The notes beneath the pieces are model-generated. The model worked only from the letters and a program-made list of their open reading frames with translations. It was not told the origin of the DNA and ran no database searches. Of a DNA stretch of 47,053 bases, positions 19,629-28,204 are shown piece by piece; position 1 is the first letter of the stretch, and every line of letters begins with the position of its first letter. The stretch spans positions 1-47,053 of the IMG/VR virus record IMGVR_UViG_3300027901_000011; one strand, written 5' to 3'. The DNA comes from a virus. Lineage: Duplodnaviria > Caudoviricetes. Both the position numbers and the translations under genes were made by a program.

Positions 19629-20562
19629 TTCTAATCCCTTCAATCAAATCCCGTATCTGCCTACTATTCAACAGGTTTTCATTGCTGTGATACGGCCTAT
19701 CGTAGTCCACCAGCCGGCCGTGGTCAACCAAAAAAACCCCGTTTTTCTCATTTTTTGAGATAAGCGTCTCATGCAACTTTTCCCCAGGCCGTATGCCTAT
19801 CTCCCGTATACCCTTTCCAGGACATACGGCCCTTGCTATATCCACCAACCGGCCTGCGCGGGCCTTCGGCACATAAATGGCCGCTTCGCCGCACAGTAAG
19901 GCAAAGAATACCAAGTCCACCGCTTCGTCGATAGTAATCCAGAAACGCGTCATGCGAGTATCTGTTATCGGAACGCTGTCCTCCATTAACTTGTCAAATA
20001 GCCGGATAACGGAGCCCCTGGAGGCCAGCACGTTGCCGTATCTGACAACGTTAAACTGCGTCTTGGCGTATGCGTTAGCCGCCAGGAAATACTTCTCGGC
20101 ACAGAGCTTAGTGGCACCGTAAAGGTTGACCGGCTCGCACGCTTTATCGGTCGATACCAGGACCGCAGAGTCAATCTCGGCCTTGCAGCAGCATTCAACC
20201 ACGTTCATAGAGCCGAGAACATTCGTCTTTATCGCCTCGCCGGGGTTATACTCAAGCTCCGGTATCCTCTTGAGCGCAGCGGCGTGGACCACAAAGTCTA
20301 CACCGGCAAGCGCTCTTAGAAGTCTGCTTTGGTCACGAACATCTCCTAAAAAGTATCTGACATTACCATACCCTAACAGCCGTTTCTGCTCGGACTGCTT
20401 GTACTCGTCACGACTGTATACAATTATCTTTCTAAGTTCATACTCTTGCAGCCTCTGTACCAACCTCGTGCCGAGACTTCCCGTCCCGCCCGTTATCAGC
20501 ACATTCTTGCTGTGCAGTTTCTCGGCATATTGCCCGTGGTCGCTTTGTAGTGCCATAATCAA
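19582..20562 (-). CDS. pseB: UDP-N-acetylglucosamine 4,6-dehydratase (PseB/FlaA1 family)
   Basis: ITGGTGSLG, SRDEYKQ, HAAALK, STDKA, YGATK, RYGNV..SRGSV, MTRFW, GIRPGEKLHE. Confidence 0.9.
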   Translation of the reverse strand: MIMALQSDHGQYAEKLHSKNVLITGGTGSLGTRLVQRLQEYELRKIIVYSRDEYKQSEQKRLLGYGNVRYFLGDVRDQSRLLRALAGVDFVVHAAALKRIPELEYNPGEAIKTNVLGSMNVVECCCKAEIDSAVLVSTDKACEPVNLYGATKLCAEKYFLAANAYAKTQFNVVRYGNVLASRGSVIRLFDKLMEDSVPITDTRMTRFWITIDEAVDLVFFALLCGEAAIYVPKARAGRLVDIARAVCPGKGIREIGIRPGEKLHETLISKNEKNGVFLVDHGRLVDYDRPYHSNENLLNSRQIRDLIEGIRNAEFQHFQETRHRDS

Positions 20563-21385
20563 CTCTTTGAAGCCATCGCTCAGTATCGTATTTCACAGAC
20601 CCCAATGCGGCCTCGGTGAACCGCACGGCCTTGACCATTTGCATAAACCGTTCCGGCGTTAGCGCAAAAGACTTATCGAAACCTTCGCCTAACGAGATGT
20701 GCTTCTCTATCATTACAACGCCAAGCGCAGTGGCAATGACAGGCGCAATCGTGCCAAGACTGTGGTCGGACAGACCAACGAACCTTGAGAATGTCCTGTT
20801 CATCTGCAGGATGGTTCTAAGGTTCAGATCTTCGGCCTTGGTGGGATAGTTGCTAACGCATTTCAGCCATATAGTATTGAACTTCTTGCACCATCGCCTG
20901 ATCTTGACAATGCCGAAATAGTCCAGCCCGCCCGTAGAGATTATCAAGGGCTTGCCTGTCTCGGCCAGTTTCTTGACTAACGGCTCTTCGGTATTCTCGA
21001 AACTGGCCACCTTGTAGGCCGGAAAGTTAAACTTTTCCGCAAAGCGTATTCTTTTAACGCTGTAAATTGTCGGAAACAGCGTAATATCTATCTTCTTGGC
21101 ATATTCAATCAAAGCCGACACCCAGCCTAAAGGCATTGCCGCTTTATTGTATAGTTTCCAAAGGTTCCAGCCTTTCCACGGACCATCGGGAATATCGAAC
21201 CTCGGACCCTCGGCATCGACCGTCATATCTTCCGGCTCGTAGAGTTGTATCTTGACTGCATCGGCGCCCGCCATCTTGGCCTTGCGAATGATCCGCTGCG
21301 CCCAGTCGTATCGTCGGCAGTGCGAAGCGCCCATATCTGCCACGATATAAACAGGTTTACCTATCTCTCTACCGGCTATTTTCAT
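20438..21385 (-). CDS. pseI: Nonulosonate synthase (PseI/NeuB family)
   Basis: GADAVKIQ, YKVASFE, KPLIISTG, KCVSNYP, GLSDHSLG, IEKH motifs; no clear C-terminal SAF domain; product specificity not established. Confidence 0.85.
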   Translation of the reverse strand: MKIAGREIGKPVYIVADMGASHCRRYDWAQRIIRKAKMAGADAVKIQLYEPEDMTVDAEGPRFDIPDGPWKGWNLWKLYNKAAMPLGWVSALIEYAKKIDITLFPTIYSVKRIRFAEKFNFPAYKVASFENTEEPLVKKLAETGKPLIISTGGLDYFGIVKIRRWCKKFNTIWLKCVSNYPTKAEDLNLRTILQMNRTFSRFVGLSDHSLGTIAPVIATALGVVMIEKHISLGEGFDKSFALTPERFMQMVKAVRFTEAALGSVKYDTERWLQRVDYGTTKRPRAICRETAQQECADNGRDGKSRHEVGTEAARV

Positions 21386-21699
21386 ATTCCATCAGTCCCT
21401 TTCGGCAGTGTCCAGCATTCAAGATCTCGCCACTTGCCATTGGCCCAGACCCTGATTACAATGAAAGCATAGTGACGACAATCGTACTGTTTACACTCTT
21501 GCGGCATCTTGTCACGTTCCAGCTTGCAGCCGTCAACGGACCAAAAACCACGTTTATCATGCCAGAGGTTCCTATTTTCATCATTCAGCACATCTTTATG
21601 GCTTTCGGCACATTTCCGACAGCAGTGTGCAACAAGCACATTGGCCGGACAGTTGCCGTTGCACTGGTAATCATCCAATAGGTACAACCTTAAGCTCAT
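21382..21699 (-). CDS. Cys-rich small protein (paralog 2), YkgJ/CxxCxxCC-like
   Basis: C.xC...CCxxC...GFWS.DGCKL.R..MP.EC..YDC. Confidence 0.6.
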   Translation of the reverse strand: MSLRLYLLDDYQCNGNCPANVLVAHCCRKCAESHKDVLNDENRNLWHDKRGFWSVDGCKLERDKMPQECKQYDCRHYAFIVIRVWANGKWRDLECWTLPKGTDGI

Positions 21700-21997
21700 G
21701 GCCGGACGGCACGCTTATGGTATGAAGGTCATGCCACCTGCCGCCGAACCATCGTTTCTCAACATAGACCGTATCCCGCCGGCAGTCGTAGGTCCGGCAG
21801 GCTTCGGGCCTTTCCTCTCTTGGCAGCTTACAGCCTTTCTCCGACCAGAAACCGTCAGCTTTGCTCCAAAGACTTTTATTGTCATCCGTAAGTGCGTCCG
21901 AATGGCCCTGCGCGCAGTTCTGGCAGCAGAAAGGCCGACCTTCCTTGTTCGGGCAGTCCATATCACAAACGTAATCACTCGATAGAGTCAAAGTCAT
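21671..21997 (-). CDS. Cys-rich small protein (paralog 1), YkgJ/CxxCxxCC-like
   Basis: Same Cys pattern; RPEACRTYDC. Confidence 0.6.
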   Translation of the reverse strand: MTLTLSSDYVCDMDCPNKEGRPFCCQNCAQGHSDALTDDNKSLWSKADGFWSEKGCKLPREERPEACRTYDCRRDTVYVEKRWFGGRWHDLHTISVPSGHELKVVPIG

Positions 21998-22658
21998 AGA
22001 TATTCGGTATCCACGCCGGCATCAGGCCATAATACTCCTGGAACTTTATTAAGCCGGCCTCAAATTTTGCGTTATGATACGTACTCTTGCCTTCGTCACC
22101 GATAGCGCCCCAGGCCTGCCACAGGCCATAGTCTACAAGCATCTGGTGTACGTGGTTGATGTCGGAGGCGCGTGTCGCATCGGCGGCACTAAAGTCATCG
22201 GCGTAGCCGGTGTAAAGCACCCTTAGTGTGTCTCCTGCCTCATCGGAAGACGGTCTCGGCACTATCTTCAACAGGTCCTTGCCTTGAACCGTCCAATAGA
22301 CAGGCTTATCCGGCGTATAATCACCGGATGTAGGGTCAGGGTATTTAGTCTCAAATTCGTCGGGCGGAAGGTACTTGAGTTTCTTACTCTGGTCACCGTC
22401 CATGTACCAGACCTCAAGACAGTGGCATACTGTCGGGTCGAACGATGCAAGGGAATACGTAACATCATCGGAAACGCAGGTCAGCGACGTCCTGTCGTCC
22501 GTCTCCGTATCGGGCAGGCCGGGACATCTCCTGACGATCTCGTCCTGCGCATCGTTCAGCCACCTCATGCACCTGTCGGACGTTATCAGGACCGTATCGC
22601 CGGACCTTCCGGCGAGTTCCTGAACTTCCGTTATCATACTGGCGCAGCCAAGTGTCAT
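21975..22658 (-). CDS. Head-tail adaptor protein
   Basis: WLNDAQ.EI, Y.L, P.YW, PRP, LVDY pattern typical of phage adaptors. Confidence 0.65.
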   Translation of the reverse strand: MTLGCASMITEVQELAGRSGDTVLITSDRCMRWLNDAQDEIVRRCPGLPDTETDDRTSLTCVSDDVTYSLASFDPTVCHCLEVWYMDGDQSKKLKYLPPDEFETKYPDPTSGDYTPDKPVYWTVQGKDLLKIVPRPSSDEAGDTLRVLYTGYADDFSAADATRASDINHVHQMLVDYGLWQAWGAIGDEGKSTYHNAKFEAGLIKFQEYYGLMPAWIPNIYDFDSIE

Positions 22659-22659
22659 T

Positions 22660-23163
22660 TTAGAACGTCCTTATCCAAGGTGTTAAGCGTGATATTTCAG
22701 TCGCATCACCAACGGTACAGCGGCAGTATATACCCTTATAGCCTATCGTGTCAAAGCCGACCTTTGCGAACCTGTTATTGCCGGAGTCGGCGACGGTAAC
22801 GTCCTTGACATGATTCTCCGTTATTATGGTAATGCTGTCCACAAAGAGCCGTGCCGTACTGTCAGGGTCCGTCATATCGGCCCAGGCAGTGCCTGTGATC
22901 AGGCTAAGGTCCGCTATTAGTTCGCCAATTCCGTTAGTTGTCACACCCCAGAGTTCGCAACTGCCGGAGTCGCTATTATCCGCCTCGCCGGAAAAGACAA
23001 CCTCGGCTCCGTTAACCTCCGTACCGAACTCGTAATAGCCCCGCGATGTTATATCGGTATAACGAGCGCCTGATGTCGAGCCGTCTAAGGCCGTATCGTC
23101 CGATGTGACGTCATCCGCTCGCATCTTCTCATACGACTTTTGAAATGTATGCAGAACCGTCAT
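22660..23163 (-). CDS. Putative virion protein, paralog of 34213..34722
   Basis: Aligns by eye over its full length with the 169-aa ORF upstream of terL. Confidence 0.6.
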   Translation of the reverse strand: MTVLHTFQKSYEKMRADDVTSDDTALDGSTSGARYTDITSRGYYEFGTEVNGAEVVFSGEADNSDSGSCELWGVTTNGIGELIADLSLITGTAWADMTDPDSTARLFVDSITIITENHVKDVTVADSGNNRFAKVGFDTIGYKGIYCRCTVGDATEISRLTPWIRTF

Positions 23164-23699
23164 GCTATCCCCGCTACATCAATATACCACGTCTGGTCGG
23201 ACATGCCGGCCATTCTCAAGAAGAACTGGTTATAGCCGTGCGTCTCCATCATAAACCGTGCCACCTGGTCTATATGGACACCTGCCGTTGTTATCGGAGT
23301 CAGCCAGCAGTTCTGGACGAAACGTATATCATCTGCGTACCGGCACAACTCCTCACGCCTGGCAGGCTGATTGCCGATATGGACATTTGCGACACCGGCA
23401 AGCACGATATCATCGTCCCTGCGTGCCATGTAAAGGTAGGCCGAAGACCAGCGGTTCGGGATGTTCGAGGCTATCCGTATCTCAATGGCACGATCCTTCG
23501 GCCTGATAGTGTACGAGTCCTTCGGAAGATTGCGCCATGTCATATCCGTGAAGCGCACAGGGTCCTGGGCCTTTATCTTATGCACCTGCTTGTAATGGAA
23601 CTGGTAGGTCTCCATATCAATCCGTCGGGCCTTTCTCGACTCTCGCAACTTTCTCAGCCAGATAACAGGTTTCGGCCATGTAATTTTGGTATTCCACAT
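23160..23699 (-). CDS. Hypothetical protein, possible distant paralog of 22660..23163
   Basis: Similar layout (YADDI vs FVDSI; ARF...THGY vs AKV..DTIGY). Confidence 0.5.
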   Translation of the reverse strand: MWNTKITWPKPVIWLRKLRESRKARRIDMETYQFHYKQVHKIKAQDPVRFTDMTWRNLPKDSYTIRPKDRAIEIRIASNIPNRWSSAYLYMARRDDDIVLAGVANVHIGNQPARREELCRYADDIRFVQNCWLTPITTAGVHIDQVARFMMETHGYNQFFLRMAGMSDQTWYIDVAGIA

Positions 23700-23947
23700 T
23701 AGATACCTATTAACGCAGGTGACTGCCTCGTTCGTCCGTATACCCTGCCGGAGTCGAACCTGTATCGCGGGCGCCTAAACAGAAGGCCGGTCACCGCAGC
23801 CGGCGCAGCGGCCAGGACTCCCGGATAAACACCAATCACCATCTGCCTGTCGCCCTGGCTAAAGGCCGCGCCATCGGCGTCCGGGTGCATCGGCCAGCAA
23901 TGGAAGGTTATTGCGCCCGTTCGGTTATATCGCGTATCAAGTGCCAT
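23699..23947 (-). CDS. Small hypothetical virion-module protein
   Basis: 82 aa; translationally coupled on both sides. Confidence 0.55.
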   Translation of the reverse strand: MALDTRYNRTGAITFHCWPMHPDADGAAFSQGDRQMVIGVYPGVLAAAPAAVTGLLFRRPRYRFDSGRVYGRTRQSPALIGI

Positions 23948-25284
23948 TAGTCGGCGGCCTCATATTCACCCTTGGTAAAGCTCGTCCCGTCATCGGCGAT
24001 AGGCGCCTCGCAGAGTTTTACTGCGCCGCCGTTCTTATAAAGATGTATCTCGCTATCGCCGGCACTGCCGCTTGTTACTGTCTTATTCCGCCAGGCCTCG
24101 TAGAGATAGTTTATCGCCGTAAGCACACTGCAAGTAGCGCTCGGCGCTCCCGCTGCTATGTCCACCATTGCCTTATTCCAAATCTCGGTAACGGCATCGG
24201 AATTCAGGGCATCTGCGTCGATAGCGTCCGTAGCGATAGCACCGGCATTAACGGCCCCGGCGGTTATCGTCTTGGTATTCACATCGAGAGTAGCTGACAG
24301 GTCCTGCGCATCGGTCGAGATAAGCGCTTTGCCATCGGTGCCCTGGAGGCCGTCAACTTCGTCTCGCAGCGCCTCAAGTGAGTCGGTCGCATGGTCAAAG
24401 TCGGAGGTATCACCGTCCGTTTTGGTCATGATATTGGCAAGTACCGTATCGTCGACAACTTCCGGCATTGTATCTCTATCGCTAACGGCAACCTTCATCA
24501 GATGGTCCAGGTTCAGTTCATCAAGCGCCTTTCGAACGGCCAGTGCTATGATATTGGTGGCATAGGCAGTGGCGCCGACATCGGCGGCGAAGGTGGCATT
24601 GTCTATCGCCGCGTTTGCTATAGCATTGGCATCGATAACGCCGGCGGTCATTGTCTTGGTATTGACGTCAAGAGTGCCGGACAGATCCTGTGCATCGGTA
24701 GATATAAGTGCCTTATTATCGGCGCCGAGGACGTTCTCTACCAGAAGCTCAAGCTTGCCGGACGCTGCCGAGTCGTCGCTTATCTCATCGACATTGACGT
24801 CCGGCTTATTTCCCGTACTGAGGGTAACTGCCTGCGCGTTCCAGTTGACCACGTTCACACCAAGCTGCGCGGTACCCGTAGCGACTGCCGCAGCAGCTAT
24901 CTGGGTAACATCAGTCTGGAGGTAGTCCGTTGTCGCTGCCGCAAACAGAGAGTCATACACATTCGCATTAACCACCATGAACCGTGCATGGACCGGCAGG
25001 TGAACGGAGTCGTTCTGAATGACAATATCGAGAAGGCCTTCGGTATCAAGCTGTGCGGCGGTAAGAGTAAGGTCGTACCAGCCGTCGCAACCTGGTATAG
25101 GGTCCCAGGCATTTCCTGATATATCGACCGTAGCGGCCCCGTTATGCTCCAACATCTCGGCCTCATCGGCGTTATCGCCACCGCCGGCCAGTGTAACTGC
25201 CGTCTCCGGCGTGAAACCGTCACCCACATCAACAAACGGACCCATTCTGACATCCACCTGGGTATCGGCCTTGAGTATCTGCAT
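23947..25284 (-). CDS. Ala/Asp/Thr-rich virion protein with an internal ~35-aa duplication
   Basis: Likely start MQILKADT at 25284 (coupled to the LamG stop); KALISTDAQDLS.TLDVNTKT.TAG occurs twice. Confidence 0.65.
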   Translation of the reverse strand: MQILKADTQVDVRMGPFVDVGDGFTPETAVTLAGGGDNADEAEMLEHNGAATVDISGNAWDPIPGCDGWYDLTLTAAQLDTEGLLDIVIQNDSVHLPVHARFMVVNANVYDSLFAAATTDYLQTDVTQIAAAAVATGTAQLGVNVVNWNAQAVTLSTGNKPDVNVDEISDDSAASGKLELLVENVLGADNKALISTDAQDLSGTLDVNTKTMTAGVIDANAIANAAIDNATFAADVGATAYATNIIALAVRKALDELNLDHLMKVAVSDRDTMPEVVDDTVLANIMTKTDGDTSDFDHATDSLEALRDEVDGLQGTDGKALISTDAQDLSATLDVNTKTITAGAVNAGAIATDAIDADALNSDAVTEIWNKAMVDIAAGAPSATCSVLTAINYLYEAWRNKTVTSGSAGDSEIHLYKNGGAVKLCEAPIADDGTSFTKGEYEAAD

Positions 25285-26096
25285 TAGCTGGCCTCCATCA
25301 TCTTGTAATGGTGCATGGCTATGGGGATAGATAGTCCGGGCGCAGCAGCGGGCGGTGAGTAGGTTATATACGTTCGCGGCTTCAGCAGGAAAAAGAACGG
25401 ATCGACATAGAACTGCATAACATCGTCGGGGGTAAGTGCGCATTCAAAGATTATACAGTGGTCAACGTAGCCAAGGTAGTATTGGTCGCCAAAGCTGCCC
25501 AACTGTCCGATTTTGACCTGATAAGTATTACCAATATCGCCGCTACCATCGCTTGCACTGGCCAGTAAGAGCCCGTTACCGTACAAGCGAAGAAGATCCG
25601 CTGCCGTATCCCTGACGGCGACCACCTGGTACCAGGTGAGATTGGTGAAATCGGGAGTCGTTACTGACACCGAGCTTTTGGTAACGCCGTCATCAACGTC
25701 GAAAACAAGCGTAGTGGCGCCCTCATCAAGACTAATCGCCCACCATTCGACCCCGGCCCCGCCGTAATTTTTCGATATAAGCCTTTGGACGTTGCCGTTA
25801 TCAAAAGCCCTGAACCAGATAAGAACACTAAAAGATTGCGTGGGAAAGTCGAGCTGGCCTTTACTCTGCTCGCCGAAATCAATATAAGCGGCGGCACTAT
25901 CGAAGTACATCGCCGAACCAAACTTGGTAGGAAAACTGATTTGTGGCAGGAATGTCTTATTCACCAAGGTGCCGTCATTGCCGAAGCCGGAGATGTCATG
26001 GGCGCCGGCCTCATTGAACAGCCAGCAGGCACGAATGTGCCTTGATATCTCGTGCTTATAGTCTATAGCGCGCAGGAATGTTTTGCTTACTATCAC
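25284..26096 (-). CDS. LamG / concanavalin-A-like lectin domain virion protein
   Basis: CWLFNE..D.SG.GNDGT, KFG.A.YFD, FSV..W, WYQVV.V, LYGNG, G.VD...F..AL. Confidence 0.85.
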   Translation of the reverse strand: MIVSKTFLRAIDYKHEISRHIRACWLFNEAGAHDISGFGNDGTLVNKTFLPQISFPTKFGSAMYFDSAAAYIDFGEQSKGQLDFPTQSFSVLIWFRAFDNGNVQRLISKNYGGAGVEWWAISLDEGATTLVFDVDDGVTKSSVSVTTPDFTNLTWYQVVAVRDTAADLLRLYGNGLLLASASDGSGDIGNTYQVKIGQLGSFGDQYYLGYVDHCIIFECALTPDDVMQFYVDPFFFLLKPRTYITYSPPAAAPGLSIPIAMHHYKMMEAS

Positions 26097-26734
26097 GTAG
26101 CTGTCCAGTCGGTTACCATTGAATACTGCACTCGGCAGGCGTAGTTCACATCGTCGTCGGGGTTATGAAAGCTGACCTTCGCGGCCCACATACCGTCGGG
26201 GACTTCAACATACCACTGCTGAACGCCATGCCCAAGTGTACCCGTAGGGCAATATACATCAGTAGTGTTGGTGAAGTCTACGGTCGCGGCATCCAGCATG
26301 AACAGGTCAACGTCATTAGAGTAGTCAACGAGCGTATTTACCATCGAGTTTGCCAGGGTTGAATGTTTAATAAACACCTTCTGACCGTATGTCTCCACGC
26401 CTGTTGTATCGCCCATTGAAACAGAGACCTCTCCGCTGGTCATGCCGTTCGAAAAATCAATCTTGCCGTTCTCGACCAGGCCGTAGGACATTCTTCGTAT
26501 CTCGTGCCAGTCATCGTCCGTAGCGCCTGACTTGCCCCAGACTATCGCTTCGGCGCTTGTCCCGATAGTGGCGGTCGTACAGGCCGCCATGTCTATATGC
26601 AGCATGCAAACGACCTCTGAACTAATATCCACCTGAGAGGTCTCTAACCACGGTGTGCCTGAAGCGTTATCATCGAGCAGGGTCCAGTTCAGAAGCTCGG
26701 TAGTCGTCCGTTCTTTTTCAAGTGTAGATGCCAT
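26093..26734 (-). CDS. Hypothetical virion protein
   Basis: 213 aa, acidic and Thr-rich; in the structural operon. Confidence 0.55.
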   Translation of the reverse strand: MASTLEKERTTTELLNWTLLDDNASGTPWLETSQVDISSEVVCMLHIDMAACTTATIGTSAEAIVWGKSGATDDDWHEIRRMSYGLVENGKIDFSNGMTSGEVSVSMGDTTGVETYGQKVFIKHSTLANSMVNTLVDYSNDVDLFMLDAATVDFTNTTDVYCPTGTLGHGVQQWYVEVPDGMWAAKVSFHNPDDDVNYACRVQYSMVTDWTAT

Positions 26735-27048
26735 TAGCTCACCAGGTTGGTATTCACATCATTTATGAGTGATATTACTGCTGCTTTGGTCTTTATCTGC
26801 TGCTCGTATTTGTACTTATCTATGATATTCTGCGCGTTCTGCAGCATCTCGTCCCGGACCCTTGCCAGCAGTTGTGCCAAAGTCAGACCGCTAATAACGG
26901 TCTTGGACTGCTGGCTGAACTGTTCGGTATAAACGGGCGGGTCGGTAGCTGGATTCTGCGGATCTTCCCAGAGTTTTACTGTCAGTACAAGATTGACTAT
27001 CCCCGGACGCCTCTGCTTGACGTCTGTAAGTTCCAGCTCATGCTGCAT
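26734..27048 (-). CDS. Hypothetical protein
   Basis: 104 aa with an AGGAG RBS. Confidence 0.55.
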   Translation of the reverse strand: MQHELELTDVKQRRPGIVNLVLTVKLWEDPQNPATDPPVYTEQFSQQSKTVISGLTLAQLLARVRDEMLQNAQNIIDKYKYEQQIKTKAAVISLINDVNTNLVS

Positions 27049-27066
27049 GACAGGCTCCTATATACA

Positions 27067-27106
27067 GGCCCGGCCGGTTTTGAGTGCCTGACTCTTTGGC
27101 CGGGCC
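27067..27106. terminator. Intergenic hairpin after the capsid/decoration genes (attenuator or processing site)
   Basis: GGCCCGGCC...GGCCGGGCC arms with an inner GAGT/ACTC stem; no long U tract. Confidence 0.4.
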
Positions 27107-27159
27107 CGGTCTATTCTAAGACAGCCAAGCGCTTCCTTGCGCCCGGCCGTCCAAGAAGC

Positions 27160-27444
27160 TTAATGTCCCAGGACAATATACCTCAGCGTGCCGGCCTTAT
27201 CGAAGCAGCCAATCCTTCTTAGCGTTATCGAGCCGGCGCTGTCGATGGCATTGTCCCAATAGCATTTCTGGCATGAATGGATGGTAGTATTATCCACATG
27301 CCCCTCGGCATATTGTATCTTGGACAGTGCGGTCGCCACGGTAATTGCGCCCGAGGTCGCATCTGCCGATACGGTAACCTCGCCGCACTCGCCGCGCATG
27401 CCGCGCAGGCCAAAATAATGCTGATTAGCCAAATCTATCGCCAT
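27160..27444 (-). CDS. Small head-decoration-like protein
   Basis: 94 aa, beta-rich; second gene after the capsid gene; AAGGAG RBS. Confidence 0.5.
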   Translation of the reverse strand: MAIDLANQHYFGLRGMRGECGEVTVSADATSGAITVATALSKIQYAEGHVDNTTIHSCQKCYWDNAIDSAGSITLRRIGCFDKAGTLRYIVLGH

Positions 27445-27481
27445 TACAAAACTCCTTCATACAAGCCTTTATAATGTTCTG

Positions 27482-28150
27482 CTACGCATCTGCCGCAAGC
27501 GACCATCCCAACGCCGATGCGTACTCCGTCGACTTAGTGGAGTCGATCTGGTATAGCGCAAGTTCGGCAGCGTTTGAGCCGTCATCCTGCGCATAGAATG
27601 GTTGGCCCGCAGCTACATTACCGTCCGTTAAAGGACCGGAGTTGCCGCACTTAGTCATATCCTGGGTGGTGGTATTGCACGGACATACACCGCCTACCCA
27701 GAACCAGCCAAACTCGTTACCACCGGCGTCATCCGTGCCGGAAAGGTCACGAACAGCCACGGCGAGGGCCCCGCCTTGCGAGCCGTCCGAGTTTGTCAGG
27801 TCCGAAGTAACACCCCACCATGCCTGCTGAGGGCTTCCGAGCGCATCGGTCGGATGGTTTGTGCCCTCGTAATGGAAACATAAGCCGTATCCGGTACTGA
27901 GGTCGGAGTCGGCATCATAGGCAAGATCCGAGCCCTCGCAGAACTGCATGTAGCACATGGTGTACCAACCGGGGTTATACGTCCCGTCGTTGTAGGCCAT
28001 TATCTTCGTGCCCGGAGGATAGACCGCCGTCGTCACGCAGGAGTGCGTACCGGAGGCATCGAAACCATCGGTAGGAATACCGAGATTGGGGTCGGGCACG
28101 CCCGGCCACTTATCGTAAAGTATCACGTTTCTCATACATATATTAGCCAT
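27482..28150 (-). CDS. Capsid cement / decoration protein
   Basis: Directly after the capsid gene; Y.PGTK, Y.Q, FGWFW..G pattern. Confidence 0.55.
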   Translation of the reverse strand: MANICMRNVILYDKWPGVPDPNLGIPTDGFDASGTHSCVTTAVYPPGTKIMAYNDGTYNPGWYTMCYMQFCEGSDLAYDADSDLSTGYGLCFHYEGTNHPTDALGSPQQAWWGVTSDLTNSDGSQGGALAVAVRDLSGTDDAGGNEFGWFWVGGVCPCNTTTQDMTKCGNSGPLTDGNVAAGQPFYAQDDGSNAAELALYQIDSTKSTEYASALGWSLAADA

Positions 28151-28204
28151 CTCAATTTCTCCTTATCTTCTTCCCATTATCCTAAATCATTGTTCTGGCT
28201 TAAC

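Noticed and set aside
25285-25443. Upstream extension of ORF 23947..25443
   Set aside because: It overlaps the LamG gene; the coupled ATG at 25284 is more plausible.
27290-27298. Isolated TTATCCACA DnaA box
   Set aside because: A single copy inside a coding region is compatible with chance.
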